From assembly GCA_038087875.1 (NCBI GenBank), contig JAXLNO010001347.1, positions 124,001 through 188,000 of the forward strand: 64,000 nt of DNA. Reading direction: 5' to 3'. This DNA comes from Malacoraja senta (taxonomy: Eukaryota). The notes below the pieces were generated by a model. That model ran no database searches and had not been told where the DNA came from. It worked only from the letters and a program-made list of their open reading frames with translations. Of the stretch, positions 51,326 through 62,492 are shown one piece after another. Each line of letters begins with the position of its first letter. Within the stretch, counting starts at the first letter, position 1. A program made the translations under genes and the position numbers.

Positions 51326-51911
51326 CCGGAGCACCTGGAGAATGTCCACGCAGGTCACGGGGATAATGTACAAACTCCGTACAGATAGCACCCGTAGTCG
51401 GGATCGAACCTGGGCCTCTGTTTCCACCATGCTGCCCCTCAGCTGCTCTGCCTTTCAGTCAGACCATTTATCTCGGCACCATTTAAGGCCATACTCTCAA
51501 TTCCGTAATATTAAGGCCAGTCATCTCGGTGTTGAACTGGTCTCAAGTCTGGTCTCCGTAGCCACTTGGGCAGAGAATTCCCTGCATTTCCCATCCTCTG
51601 GGTGTTAAGCTGCTACAGTTCAGTGACGTTTGCTTTCAATTGAATGGTGAATTCTGCAGGCAATTGATGGGAATTTGTGAGGAACTAGTTTCAAGGAGAA
51701 TTTGTGAAGGAGTGGGATTCTCTGAGAGCTGGCATTGATTTGCTGGTCTGAAATGGCCTATGTCATAAGGAAATATGAAGTATGGAAAAGTGACTTTTCT
51801 GCATTACATATTTGTAAATTTGACGTGTATGTTGTGAAATAACTAGCTGCGAGTAGAATTAAAAAGCCTCCCAACTTGAAAATAAACGTTGTTTTTAATT
51901 TATATTCCTAG

Positions 51912-51955
51912 ATGTTGTTGCAGAAGGTGAAGGAAATGGAATCTGCTGTGGAAAG
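51912..51955 (+). CDS. SUN gene coiled-coil exon (MLLQKVKEMESAVER)
   Basis: TTCCTAG acceptor and AG|GTGCAG phase-2 donor, which matches the next exon. Confidence 0.6.
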
Positions 51956-54900
51956 GTGCAGAGCTGCGCTGCGGCAGTTTCCAGACTGCATCAACTGCTC
52001 ACAACGATAGAGATAAATAACGCATTTAAGGGCCTGTCCCACTTGGCAATTTTTTCGGTGACTGCCGGCATCATATCAGTGTCATCACGCCACAAATGTT
52101 TTGGTGTTGATGTTGTCAGCCACAGTATCTGCAGATGCATCAAGATGCCCCTGTGGTGTGGCATGGCAGCAGGTTTGCCTGTGGCTGAGCTGTGAGCAGT
52201 ATAACGCTGATGCTGTGTGTTTCCAGACAGGAGTGGAGTAGCAGTAGACCTGGGGAGGGGGGCTTCGTCGGTTGCTGTGTGAAACAGGTCAACGTCATTT
52301 TTAGTTTGGAGGTACAGTGTGGAAACACGCCCTTCGGCCCACCAAGTTCGTGCAGACCAACGATCACCCTTACACCGGTAGTCAGCAAAGCATCAAGGCA
52401 AGTTCTTGTATGTATACATACTTGGCTAATAAATTATATGGATTATTATTAATATAGGTTGACAGATGAACAGAAACAGCTACTGACTGCACTGGTGCTG
52501 CTGGAGGAGCAGCTCAGCCAGACACGGCTGGAGCTGCAGGCTGCACGTGCAGCACAGAAGGACATGGACTCCAACATGCAAGCTCTGGAAAGCAGAATTA
52601 AAAGTATGACTGATGTAAGTTTTCCCAAATAGTTTTTTATTTAACTGTGAAAGGCCAAAACTTAGCAAAACTTGCCTTAGAGATGATGAAAGAGATTGAG
52701 GTGAAGAGGAAAGTGTGGAAAGTATCTTGCCCTCTTCCCTCCCCTTCTTTAACACTCAACTCCCACTCTCCCCCTCCCTCTCTACCGTGTTCTTCCCTTC
52801 TCTCACTGTCTCTCCTTTCCCCCCTCTGCTCCTTTCCCTGTGTTCACGATGTGGTCTCCTCTACATTGGAGAAACCAAACAGGCGTTGTGTTTCCACTTT
52901 GTGGATCACCTGTGTTGGATCCATGGGGCACTCCTGAGCTTCCTGTTATCTCATTCTGACTCTTGGATGTGGGAGTGACTGAACAGTCTGTGACTTCCTG
53001 CACTGTTGCAATGAGGCTCAAAGCAATCTTGAGGAATGGCATCTCACCTTCCATTTGGGCTCATGGCAGTCCTCTGGGCTTGAACGGAATTCAATAATCT
53101 TGGGTAACTTGATTCCTCTGTTAGTATCAGTTGTCCATTTGTGATAATTGGGTTGGCTTGTTTTTAAAAATCTCTATCCAAAAGTGGAGGGCATGTCCAT
53201 GCTGACCTGCCAGACATGTCTTGTCTGAATAGCGTCTCCACCTGAAACGTCACCCATTCCTTCTCTCCAGAGATGCAGCCTGTCCCGTTGTCTATCTTCG
53301 GTTTAAACCAGCATCTGCCATTCCTTCCTAGACATGTCTTCTTGCTCTGCATTTTGCAACTGCTACGATCTTTGTCTATTTGTCTTATCACCTTACCGCT
53401 CCTATTCACTCCTTGACCAGATAACTTTGTGTGCAGCTTATCCCCATGGCCACCTGGTTTTACACTATCAGAGTCATCCACCCACCTGTGCAGCTTTACA
53501 AGTTTCTTTTGTCACCTCCCCAGTTCTGACGAAGGGTCTTTGACTTGAAACATGAATTCTGTTTCTCTGGCTACAGATGCAGCCTGACCCGAGTGCTCCC
53601 AGCATTTTGTTTTTCAGATTTATCCCATCTGCAGTTTTCACGCATTTATTCTAACTTGTTTTTCTATATGACTGCTACCTTTCAGTCCATGTTAGCACAT
53701 TTGCCCTCATATGTGGCAAATGCCTTTTGGAGATCTAAATACACACTATATTTACAGGAGATAGACACAAAAAGCTGGAGTAACTCAGCGGGTCAGACAG
53801 CATCTCTGGAGAAAACAAATAGAAAAGTCCTTTTCCCCAGAGATGCTATCTGAGCCGCTAAGTTACACCAGCTTATTGTGTCTATCTTTGGTTTAAACCA
53901 GCATTTGCAGTTCCTTCCTCCTACATTTACAGGTTTCCCTTATCAACTCCCTATCACATCCTGTCAAGTTTTATCACACATGATTTTCATTAAACCATGT
54001 CGGCTACGTTTGATTAGATGCAGTTTACCAAATGATTAGTTATTTCCTCTTGTGAACTATGAGTGCTGGATGAATTAGAATCATAGAGTGAAACAGTGTG
54101 GAAACAGACCCTTCGGCCCAACTCGCCCACACCCACCAACATGTCCCAGCTACACTAGTCCCACCTGCCTGCGTTTGGTCCATATCCCTCCAAACCTGTC
54201 CTATCCATGTACCTGTCAATTGACCTATAGTTCCCACCTTCTGTTTTACATGCTGGGAGGCCAGGTGAATCTCACTCACAGCCTCTTCTACTGCTGGTCC
54301 AGGTGCCCAGTAAATGTGAGTTCTGCTTCCAACAACCATTCAGGCAGTGAACCCTTGGCCCACTGTACTAATTGCATCAAACCCTTGTGCTAATTGAATG
54401 ACATTTCCAACTTTGTGCAGTAAAGATGGTTACCTTGTTTACTCTGAATGGACCAGTCAGAATATCATCACCTTATGTGTAGGAAGGAACTGCAGATGCT
54501 GGTTTACACCGCAGATAGACATCAGCGAGACAGGCAGCATCTCTGGGGGAGGGGGGGGGGATGGATGACATTTCGGGTCGAGACGTCTGAAGAAGGGTCT
54601 CAATCCGAAACATGATCCATTCTTTCTCTCCAGAGATGCTGCCTGTCCCGCTGAGTTACTCCAGCATTTTGTCTTTTTTTCTATAATATTATAACCACTC
54701 AAACAATCTACCTGCTGCAGTTCCTGACGACTCTCTCCTTGCAACCTTTCTTCTCCAGTCCTGCCAATGTCGTAAACCTTTATTGTGCCTCTCTAGTGAA
54801 CTCCCATCAATCCTGTAGGGAGGCAACCAGAATCCACACAATGTTACAGGTACGGCTGAGCTAACATTTTCCACAGTTCCAAGATGACTGTCCCACTACC

Positions 54901-57900
54901 TTCAAAGATCCCACAACAAGATAGACACAACATGCTGGAGTAACTCAGCGGGATGGACAGGATCTCTGGAGCATTAGATGCTGCCTGGTCTGCTGAGTAA
55001 CTCCAGCATTTTGTGTCTATCTTCAGTGTAAACCAGCATCTGCATTTCCTTCCTACACAACAATCTCTCCAAGATCTTTCTGTTCCCCACCACGGTTCAG
55101 TATCCTTTCAGCTATAATGTATTCCCTTGCCTTGTCTCCCTCGCCAAAGGATCAACAATTGTAAAATAATATATTTTTTAAGATGACAAAGATACTGCTT
55201 TGCATTGATTTCAATGTCTACAAGGAGGAGCACTGACTATCCAGCTCTTGTGTGTTTAGAAGGAGACGGCGTTGCTCCCACTTGTCCACAAGCTGCTCTT
55301 CGGTTCATCACAAGACAGCACAGGGGAACCACTGACAGCACAGCTGGTGCATCACAAGGAACTCGAGGCCCTCCTTGCTGGCTTGGAGAAGAAGATCCTC
55401 TCAGATGCATCACTTTATCCTGGTCCGGCAATGGAGACACACTCGGCAGCTGTCAGAGCGGGGATTATTAAGGTACAAGCATGCAAGCAGCCAGTGGCTC
55501 TAACTCTGGAACACACTATTGTATTTCAGAAATGTAATTTATTGATAATACTAGACTAAGTGGGACCCGTTGGGTCCCATGTTCCCACGGGAGGGCTGGT
55601 CCCCCAACGCAATATTCCACCTCTCCACCAATTCCAATATTGTTGGGGGGGGGGGGGCTTTCTGGGTGTTGTGGGCTGAAGGGACTGGTTTCCAGAGGGC
55701 TAGTATGGACATTGTGGGCCGAATGGATTATTGGGCTGGCAGCTCAGTCACTCAAGCCTGGTGTGCTGGCAGCTCACTCACTCACGGCTGGTGGACTGGC
55801 AGTTGACTCGAGGCTATTCCTTTAAATTCCATTTCAAGCAGAGTGCAGGCAACCAAATTCAAATGAAGTTTCCTACCATTTCAAGCAGAGAGCAAGGCCA
55901 CCAAATTCAAATGCAGTTTCCTACCATTTCAAGCAGGGTGCAAGGCCACCAAATTCAAAAGCAGTTTCATACCATTTCAAGCAGGGTGCAAGGCCACCAA
56001 ATTGAAAAGCAGTTCCTAGGGCCGAGATGGCCTGTTTCCGTGCTGTTATGGTTATATGGTTACCATTTCAAGCAGGGTGCAAGGCCACCAAGGTGACCTC
56101 TCCCTCCCCCATCTTGCAGACCCTGAGCCACTCCCACAGTTCCGGGTTTTATAGTCCCTCCCCCTCCCACCAGAAGGGGCGTGGCCTTCATGGCAGTGAT
56201 TGACAGGAGAGAGAATCTCAACATTTTTAAAACACAAATAACTCTTTTATTTTTCATCGATGGGAAAAATCCTCTTGCCCTGTGCAGCGGAGGGGGACTC
56301 TGAGTAAGAAGACTAAAAATCACAACCGTAAGTGGTAGCGTTTTTTCTAAAATCAATATGCAGTGCAAACAGGAAGTGGTCAAGATGAGACTTTTAATTA
56401 TATAGATATATAGTAATGAAATTGGGGCATGTCTTGCTCTACGTTCCATCAATTCAGCACTTTCACTTGCAATGTGTCAATAAACACCACATCCATAAAC
56501 AGTGCTCCTATGAAGTGTCTGAGTGTCCCTCAGTGTCTAGTGGTGGCCGGACCTTAGACCAAGGCCACTCCCCCACAGCCTCTGTGGTGACTACACTGAG
56601 CTTCAGTGTGTCCCTCACACCACATACTCTCGCACCCTGGAATGTGCCAGTCGGCAGCAATTCATTTACCCACATCTTATGCAGGAAGATCAATTTTTGG
56701 GCAGACGAAACGTGAGTCTTCCGCTGAGATAATGATCTTCCAGCAGCAGTTGACATTTATCTTGTTGTGCGTCCCTGTGAACAGCTCCTAGATCACTGAT
56801 GCACAACTGCTCAGGGTGAACCATGACAAGAGCCCTTTCATTCTTCTTCTGACCTTCCTGTCAAACACCCAGTGCATAAGGAGGTGAATGTTGTCCACAC
56901 CACAACCATCTCAATGGCAGCGTGCAGTGGGGTGCTTTTCTGACAGAGCAGGCAGGGTCTGACTGGGAGGGCTCCTCACACTACTGTTGGCGAGTTCCTC
57001 TGTCTGCTTGGGGAGCCATCTAATGGGATCCATCGAGTCCTTCTCCCACAGTGCCTTTAGCTCGTTCTACCTTGATCACGTGGTCACAGGTAGTTTTCTT
57101 CAGGAACCTTTCTGTGAAGGACAGGTAGTAAGGCAATGTCAAACTGAATGGAACAATGCATAAGTCTACACCGGCCAACATGTCCCAGCTACACTTGTCC
57201 CACCTGCCTGCGTTTGCCCCAGATCCCTCCAAACCTGTCCTATCCATGACAATGTACTGTAATAATTATTGACCTGATCACATAATCCTGCTACCTTCTA
57301 TGCAGTAAACTTGGGCTCTCCATTGCTCACTTTTATTACACCTTGCTAATTCCAGATTATGGGAATGGATAACATAGAAACATAGAAACATAGAAATTAG
57401 GTGCAGGAGTAGGCCATTCGGCCCTTCGAGCCTGCACCGCCATTCAATATGATCATGGCTGATCATCCAACTCAGTATCCTGTACCTGCCTTCTCTCCAT
57501 ACCCTCTGATCCCTTTAGCCACAAGGGCCACATCTAGCTCCCTCTTAAATATAGCCAATGAACTGGCCTCGACTACCCTCTGTGGCAGAGAGTTCCAGAG
57601 ATTCACCACTCTCTGTGTGAAAAAAGTTCTTCTCATCTCGGTTTTAAAGGATTTCCCCCTTATCCTTAAGCTGTGACCCCTTGTCCTGGACTTCCCCAAC
57701 ATCGGGAGCAATCTTCCTGCATCTAGCCTGTCCAAAACTTAAAGACATGGGCATGGGGGTTCAGTATTGATGTGGATAAGAACTGGCTGGCAAACAGAAG
57801 CAAAGAGTAGGAGTAAAACGGGCCCTTTCACATGGCAGCAGTGACTAGTGGGGTACCGCACAGGCTCAGTGCTGGGACCCCACGCTATTTACAATATATA

Positions 57901-60900
57901 TTAAAGACCTGGATGAGGGAATGAAGGCAATATTCTCCAAGTTTGCGGATGACACTAAGCTGGGGGCAGTGTTAGCTGTTGAGGAGGAAATGCTATGGAG
58001 ACTGCAAGGTGACTTGGATAGGCTGCATTCGCTTTCTTCACTGCCTGCTGCACCTGCATGCCTACTTTCAATGACTGGTGTACCATGACACCCAGGTCTC
58101 GCTGCATCTCCCCTTTTCCTAGTCGGCCACCATTTAGAAAATAGTCTGCTTTCCTGTTTTTGCCACCAAAATGGATAACCTCACATTTATCCACATTATA
58201 CTGCATCTGCCAAACATTTGCCCACTCACCCAGCCTATCCAAGTCACCTTGCAGTCTCCTAGCATTCTCCTCACAGCTAACACTGCCCCCCAGCTTAGTG
58301 TCATCCGCAAACTTGGAGATATTGCCTTCAATTCCCTCATCCAGGTCATTAATATATATTGTAAATAGCTGGGGTCCCAGCACTGAGCCTTGCGGTACCC
58401 CACTAGTCACTGCCTGCCATTGTGAAAAGGGCCCGTTTACTCCTACTCTTTGCTTCCTGTTTGCCAGCCAGTTCTCTATCCACATCAATACTGAACCCCC
58501 AATGCCATGTGCTTTAAGTTTGTATACTAATCTCTTATGTGGGACCTTGTCGAAAGCCTTCTGGAAGTCCAGATACACCACATCCACTGGTTCTCCCCTA
58601 TCCACGCTACTAGTTACATCCTCGAAAAATTCTATAAGATTCGTCAGACATGATTTACCTTTCGTAAATCCATGCTGACTTTGTCCAATGATTTCACCAC
58701 TTTCCAAATGTGCTGCTATCCCATCTTTAATAACTGACTCTAGCAGTTTCCCCACTACCGATGTTAGACTAACTGGTCTGTAATTCCCCGTTTTCTCTCT
58801 CCCTCCCTTCTTAAAAAGTGGGGTTACGTTTGCTACCCGCCAATCCTCAGGAACTACTCCAGAGGGATCATTTTGTGGGAACTGTTGAAGGGATCATTGC
58901 CCGTCTGGTTTCTGTATGTGTGTGGGCTCTGCACTCTATTGCACTCTACTGCCCCCTTCTTATCCCAGATTATTGTTGTTTTATCCTTTGGTAGGATGTG
59001 AAAAGCATTGTGGACCAAGCCCTGAAACTGTACAGCGCTGACAGGGTTGGATTGGTGGATTATGCACTGGAATCTGCTGGTAAGTATCAGACAAAAGCCC
59101 AGGCCAAGTAAAACTCTGAAGGTAACAGACTGAAAGGGTGTTGTGTGGGCTGGCACTTTAGTCATGTTTGACTTGCTCCTGTGGAATGGGGTCTCTTTCA
59201 CACTGGGCAATATGTCCTGAATAGACAAGTACAAATCTATGTTGACAGTACAGGTTTTCCCAGAGCTGCTGAGGTTCACACTGCTGAATGTTAATTTAAC
59301 TTGTAACTGCTTGATGTTGCGCCAGCCACAACTCATTTAAAGGCCGAGCCATCGATGGGATGGACTTGCCCTGGGGCACCATCGGCCATCTTCATTCTGT
59401 CCACTGCTCCACCATCCCTGCAAACACATTGGTTACTCTCTTGTGCACTCTCTCTGAAGCTTCATGCCTTTCTGAGGGCAAGGCAGCCAGGACTGGATGC
59501 ACCACTCCAGCTGTGGCCAAGCCTGTGTTTTACAAAGTTCCCCATCACTTCTTTGCTCTTGTACCCAGAGCCGTTATTTATAAAGTACAGACGTTTTTAA
59601 ACAACATCCTAAACTTCCTTCTTTCAGTAAACTAGGCACATATATCACCCACGTGTGTCAGAAGGATGTGAAGGTCTGATGAAGGGTCTCGACCTGAAAC
59701 GTCACCCATTCCAGAGACACTGTTGTTTCTTCACTCCTTTTAGAATTGTGCCCTCTAGTTTACATTGCCTTATCACTCCTCCCAAAATGAAATATTTCAC
59801 ATTTGAATTACAGCTGTTCAAACCCTATTCTGTATTTGCCTCCAATTCCATGAATATCCCCAGTTCACAGTATCATCTACAAATCTGGAACTCCAAGTCA
59901 TTTAATGCGTATGAAGAAAAGATGGGTCTTATTCTGCCCTCTGGCCAATTTTACAACTTACAATTAACCTACAAACCTGTACATCTTTGGAGTGTGGGAG
60001 GAAACCAGAGCACCCGGAGAAAACCCATGCGGTCACAGGGAGAATGTACAAACTCCGTACAGACAGCACCCGTAGTCAGGATCAAACCCAAGTCTCTGGT
60101 GCTGTCAGGCATGAGGTCTACCGAACGGTCACTGTGCTGCCCTGATTTAATTGCTCCCCTCTTCTGTTGGTTAGCCAGTTTTATTCCTTGAAGCAAAGTT
60201 TACATTGCAGAGAAAGTGAGAACAAAATAGATAGACTGGAGACCAGGAGACATTTGAGATCAATGTCGATACCAGCTGGATCGGTGAGGATGCAACAAGT
60301 GGCAGACGAATGAAATCTTAAACACCTGTAGAAGTGCAAGAAAAGAAAACAAGCTCATGGTTTGAAATGTGGATAGAAGCTTGGTTCTTCTCAAGCTAAC
60401 ATTGGACAATTGGAATTGTGTAGAAAGCTGAAGATCTACTTTAGGTTTCAGCCATCTTGCAGAATGACCAGGATGCTGCCTGGATTAGACAGAATGCTAG
60501 AATAGAATATTAGCTATAAGGGGAGGGTGGACAAACGGAGCGTCAGAGGCTGAGACAAGACCTGATAGAAGTATATAAAATTATGAGAGATATATAGATA
60601 GAGTAGGCAGTCTTTCCCCAGGTTGGAAATGTCAAATGCGCGAGGGCATAGAGTTAAGGTGAGAGGGGGGATGTTTAAAGGAGATGTGTGAGGCAAGTTT
60701 TTCTTGCACAACTGTAGGTGTGTTGTCAGGGGAGGTGGTGGAAGCAGATATAATAGTAATCTTTAAAAGGCATTTGGACAGATACATGTACAGACAGGGA
60801 GTAGAGGGATGTAGACCATGTCCAGTCAGATGGGATGAGTTAGGCTGACATCATGGTTGGTGCAGACACAGTGGGACAAAAGGGCCTGTTCCTGCGATGT

Positions 60901-61896
60901 AAATATATGTTCTACAATATTAAAAAAATATATGTTCTACAAGATAAATTGTCCTTCCTGGTTAGTCTCTAAACTAGGTCAGATGTAATGCTAAATGGCT
61001 TTGTAGCAGCCTGGACGAGGTCGGGAAAAGGCCAGAGGTCAGTCAGGTTCAACAGTAGTTTTTAATGTCGCAGCGAGAACACACACACCCTGAGAAGGAC
61101 CTCGGGAAACCCCGTGGCAGACCAACGCCCCTGTCCCTCAATAGCCGAGGGGTATGACCCAAGGAGTGGCCTAACCCTCAGGGATCGCCACAGCTTTATA
61201 TAATTGAGAAAAAGAACCTATGCAGACAGCAGTCATTTGTTGCACATGTTCCCAGCTAACTGCCTACGAATAACAATATTTTTATATCTTGGTCAGCGGA
61301 TAGAAGTTTTGCTTCCATTTTAAGTCACAGAAATCTTTCTCATTGTACTTAATTTTTTGCAAAAATAGCTCCTAGTTTATTATAGTTGTGTTCAATGGAA
61401 ATATGATGAGAGCAAGTAAATGGTTGAGATTTGGGAGGGTACTTAACCAACCACTGCCACCTGGTGGCCATTCAGCTGTGCATTGAAAGTTTCAGCTGGA
61501 TTCTGTGCTCCAACCTGTTGGACATTGTATGAAAATTAGCTTTCAAATTTACTTAAACAATTGCGATTGTAACATTAAATTATTGCTGCAGTTGTGCAGG
61601 ATGTGTTGAGTTATTGGACAAATTGGAAAGTTCTTCTTAGTGGTCCGCACTCAAGCAAAAACTTTCCAATGCCTCTGCCAGAGTTTTGCAGTTCTCTGCA
61701 AACCTGCATATTTCTTGAAGGATTCATGATTAACTTTGTCCATTCAGTGATATGATAATGATTCTGTTTTCTCTTGTTAGGTGGCAGTGTGATCCACACT
61801 CACTGTACAGAGACGTTAGAGAGCAAGACTGCTCTTCTTACTCTGTTTGGCATTCCATTGTGGTACCAATCTCACTCACCCACAGCTGTCATTCAG
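51912..61896 (+). CDS. SUN-domain protein gene (SUN1/SUN2-like), partial: five consecutive in-frame exons
   Basis: Exons 51912-51955, 52458-52614, 55260-55472, 58995-59079 and 61781-61896 splice in frame with GT-AG sites (phases 2, 0, 0, 1, 0). The product ends in ...ALKLYSADRVGLVDYALESAGGSVIHTHCTETLESKTALLTLFGIPLWYQSHSPTAVIQ. Confidence 0.9.
52458..52614 (+). CDS. SUN gene coiled-coil exon
   Basis: LTDEQKQLLTALVLLEEQLSQTRLELQAARAAQKDMDSNMQALESRIKSMTD; GAT|GTAAGT donor. Confidence 0.8.
52800..53110 (+). mobile_element. Old Penelope GIY-YIG remnant
   Basis: CSRCGLLYIGETK. Confidence 0.7.
55260..55472 (+). CDS. SUN gene pre-SUN coiled-coil exon
   Basis: KETALLPLVHKLLFGSS...HKELEALLAGLEKKILS...AGIIK; 213 bp, phase 0-0; resembles the SUN1/2 segment just before the SUN domain. 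Confidence 0.8.
55551..56406 (-). mobile_element. Non-autonomous Helitron
   Basis: Minus strand begins A|TCTATATAATT and ends GGGACCC-AAC-GGGTCCC hairpin, ACTTAGT, CTAG|T. Inserted in an AT target with no TSD. Confidence 0.85.
57375..58862 (-). mobile_element. CR1/HER1 LINE fragment with an anomalous internal inverted segment
   Basis: 266-aa RT ORF 57955..58755 and a 3' end at 57375-57735. 57736-58025 is an inverted copy of 58231-58521. Confidence 0.9.
58995..59079 (+). CDS. SUN gene exon: alpha3 helix and start of the SUN domain
   Basis: DVKSIVDQALKLYSADRVGLVDYALESA; G|GTAAGT donor. Confidence 0.95.
61454..61467 (-). promoter_or_regulatory. CTCF consensus motif
   Basis: CCACCAGGTGGCAG, an exact match to the core consensus, in intronic sequence. 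Confidence 0.45.
61781..61896 (+). CDS. SUN gene exon including the KASH-lid region
   Basis: GGSVIHTHCTETLESKTALLTLFGIPLWYQSHSPTAVIQ; TTGTTAG acceptor, CAG|GTATAT donor. Confidence 0.95.
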
Positions 61897-62178
61897 GTAT
61901 ATAATCCTTGTACTGCTGCTCCCTTCTGTCTTGAAAGCAGTCACCTTCGAATACTCTCCTAGAGGCAGCAAGGTACAGGGACGCTATAGGTCCACAACTT
62001 CAAGATTTACTATTGGGGGCACCACAACTAGTGTGTGTCTTCTGCTTTCCCCAGGTTTATGTGAAACATAATCTGTCTGCATAACAGTTCTTCCCAGTCG
62101 GAAGAATGCAAGGTATTGATATATATGTCGAAAAAATCATGCATTGGCCCACCATGCGTCCTTGTTCAGTACCACAGT

Positions 62179-62423
62179 TGTGGGATATGGAATAGAAACA
62201 TGGAAATTATGAACATGAGTGTAAAGAATCTATAACAAGGCATCGTTACTTTACTATCTTTATTCATACTGGAGCATTACATATTGCACTAGCTGTACGT
62301 GGTCTGTCACAGGAACTAGAGAGCGATCTGTGGGTGGGGAGGTTGTAGTTATACTTGTGATATGGGGAGTGGTTAATAGGTATGAGGTCACTATGTTAAA
62401 GGCACATGCATATATCATCTACA
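62179..62423 (-). repeat. 3' LTR of the Gypsy element (distal end approximate)
   Basis: Begins TGTAGA immediately after the polypurine tract AAGGGGAAGGA (62434-62424). AATAAA at 62264-62259; candidate CA end near 62179. Confidence 0.7.
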
Positions 62424-62492
62424 TCCTTCCCCTTCGAAACGACAGGCAAATACAATGGTGACAGGGCGACCACGGCTCATGCGCTAGGACAG

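Noticed and set aside
62040-62120. Next SUN exon
   Set aside because: AG/GT sites exist, but no frame encodes the expected PGNCWAF motif.
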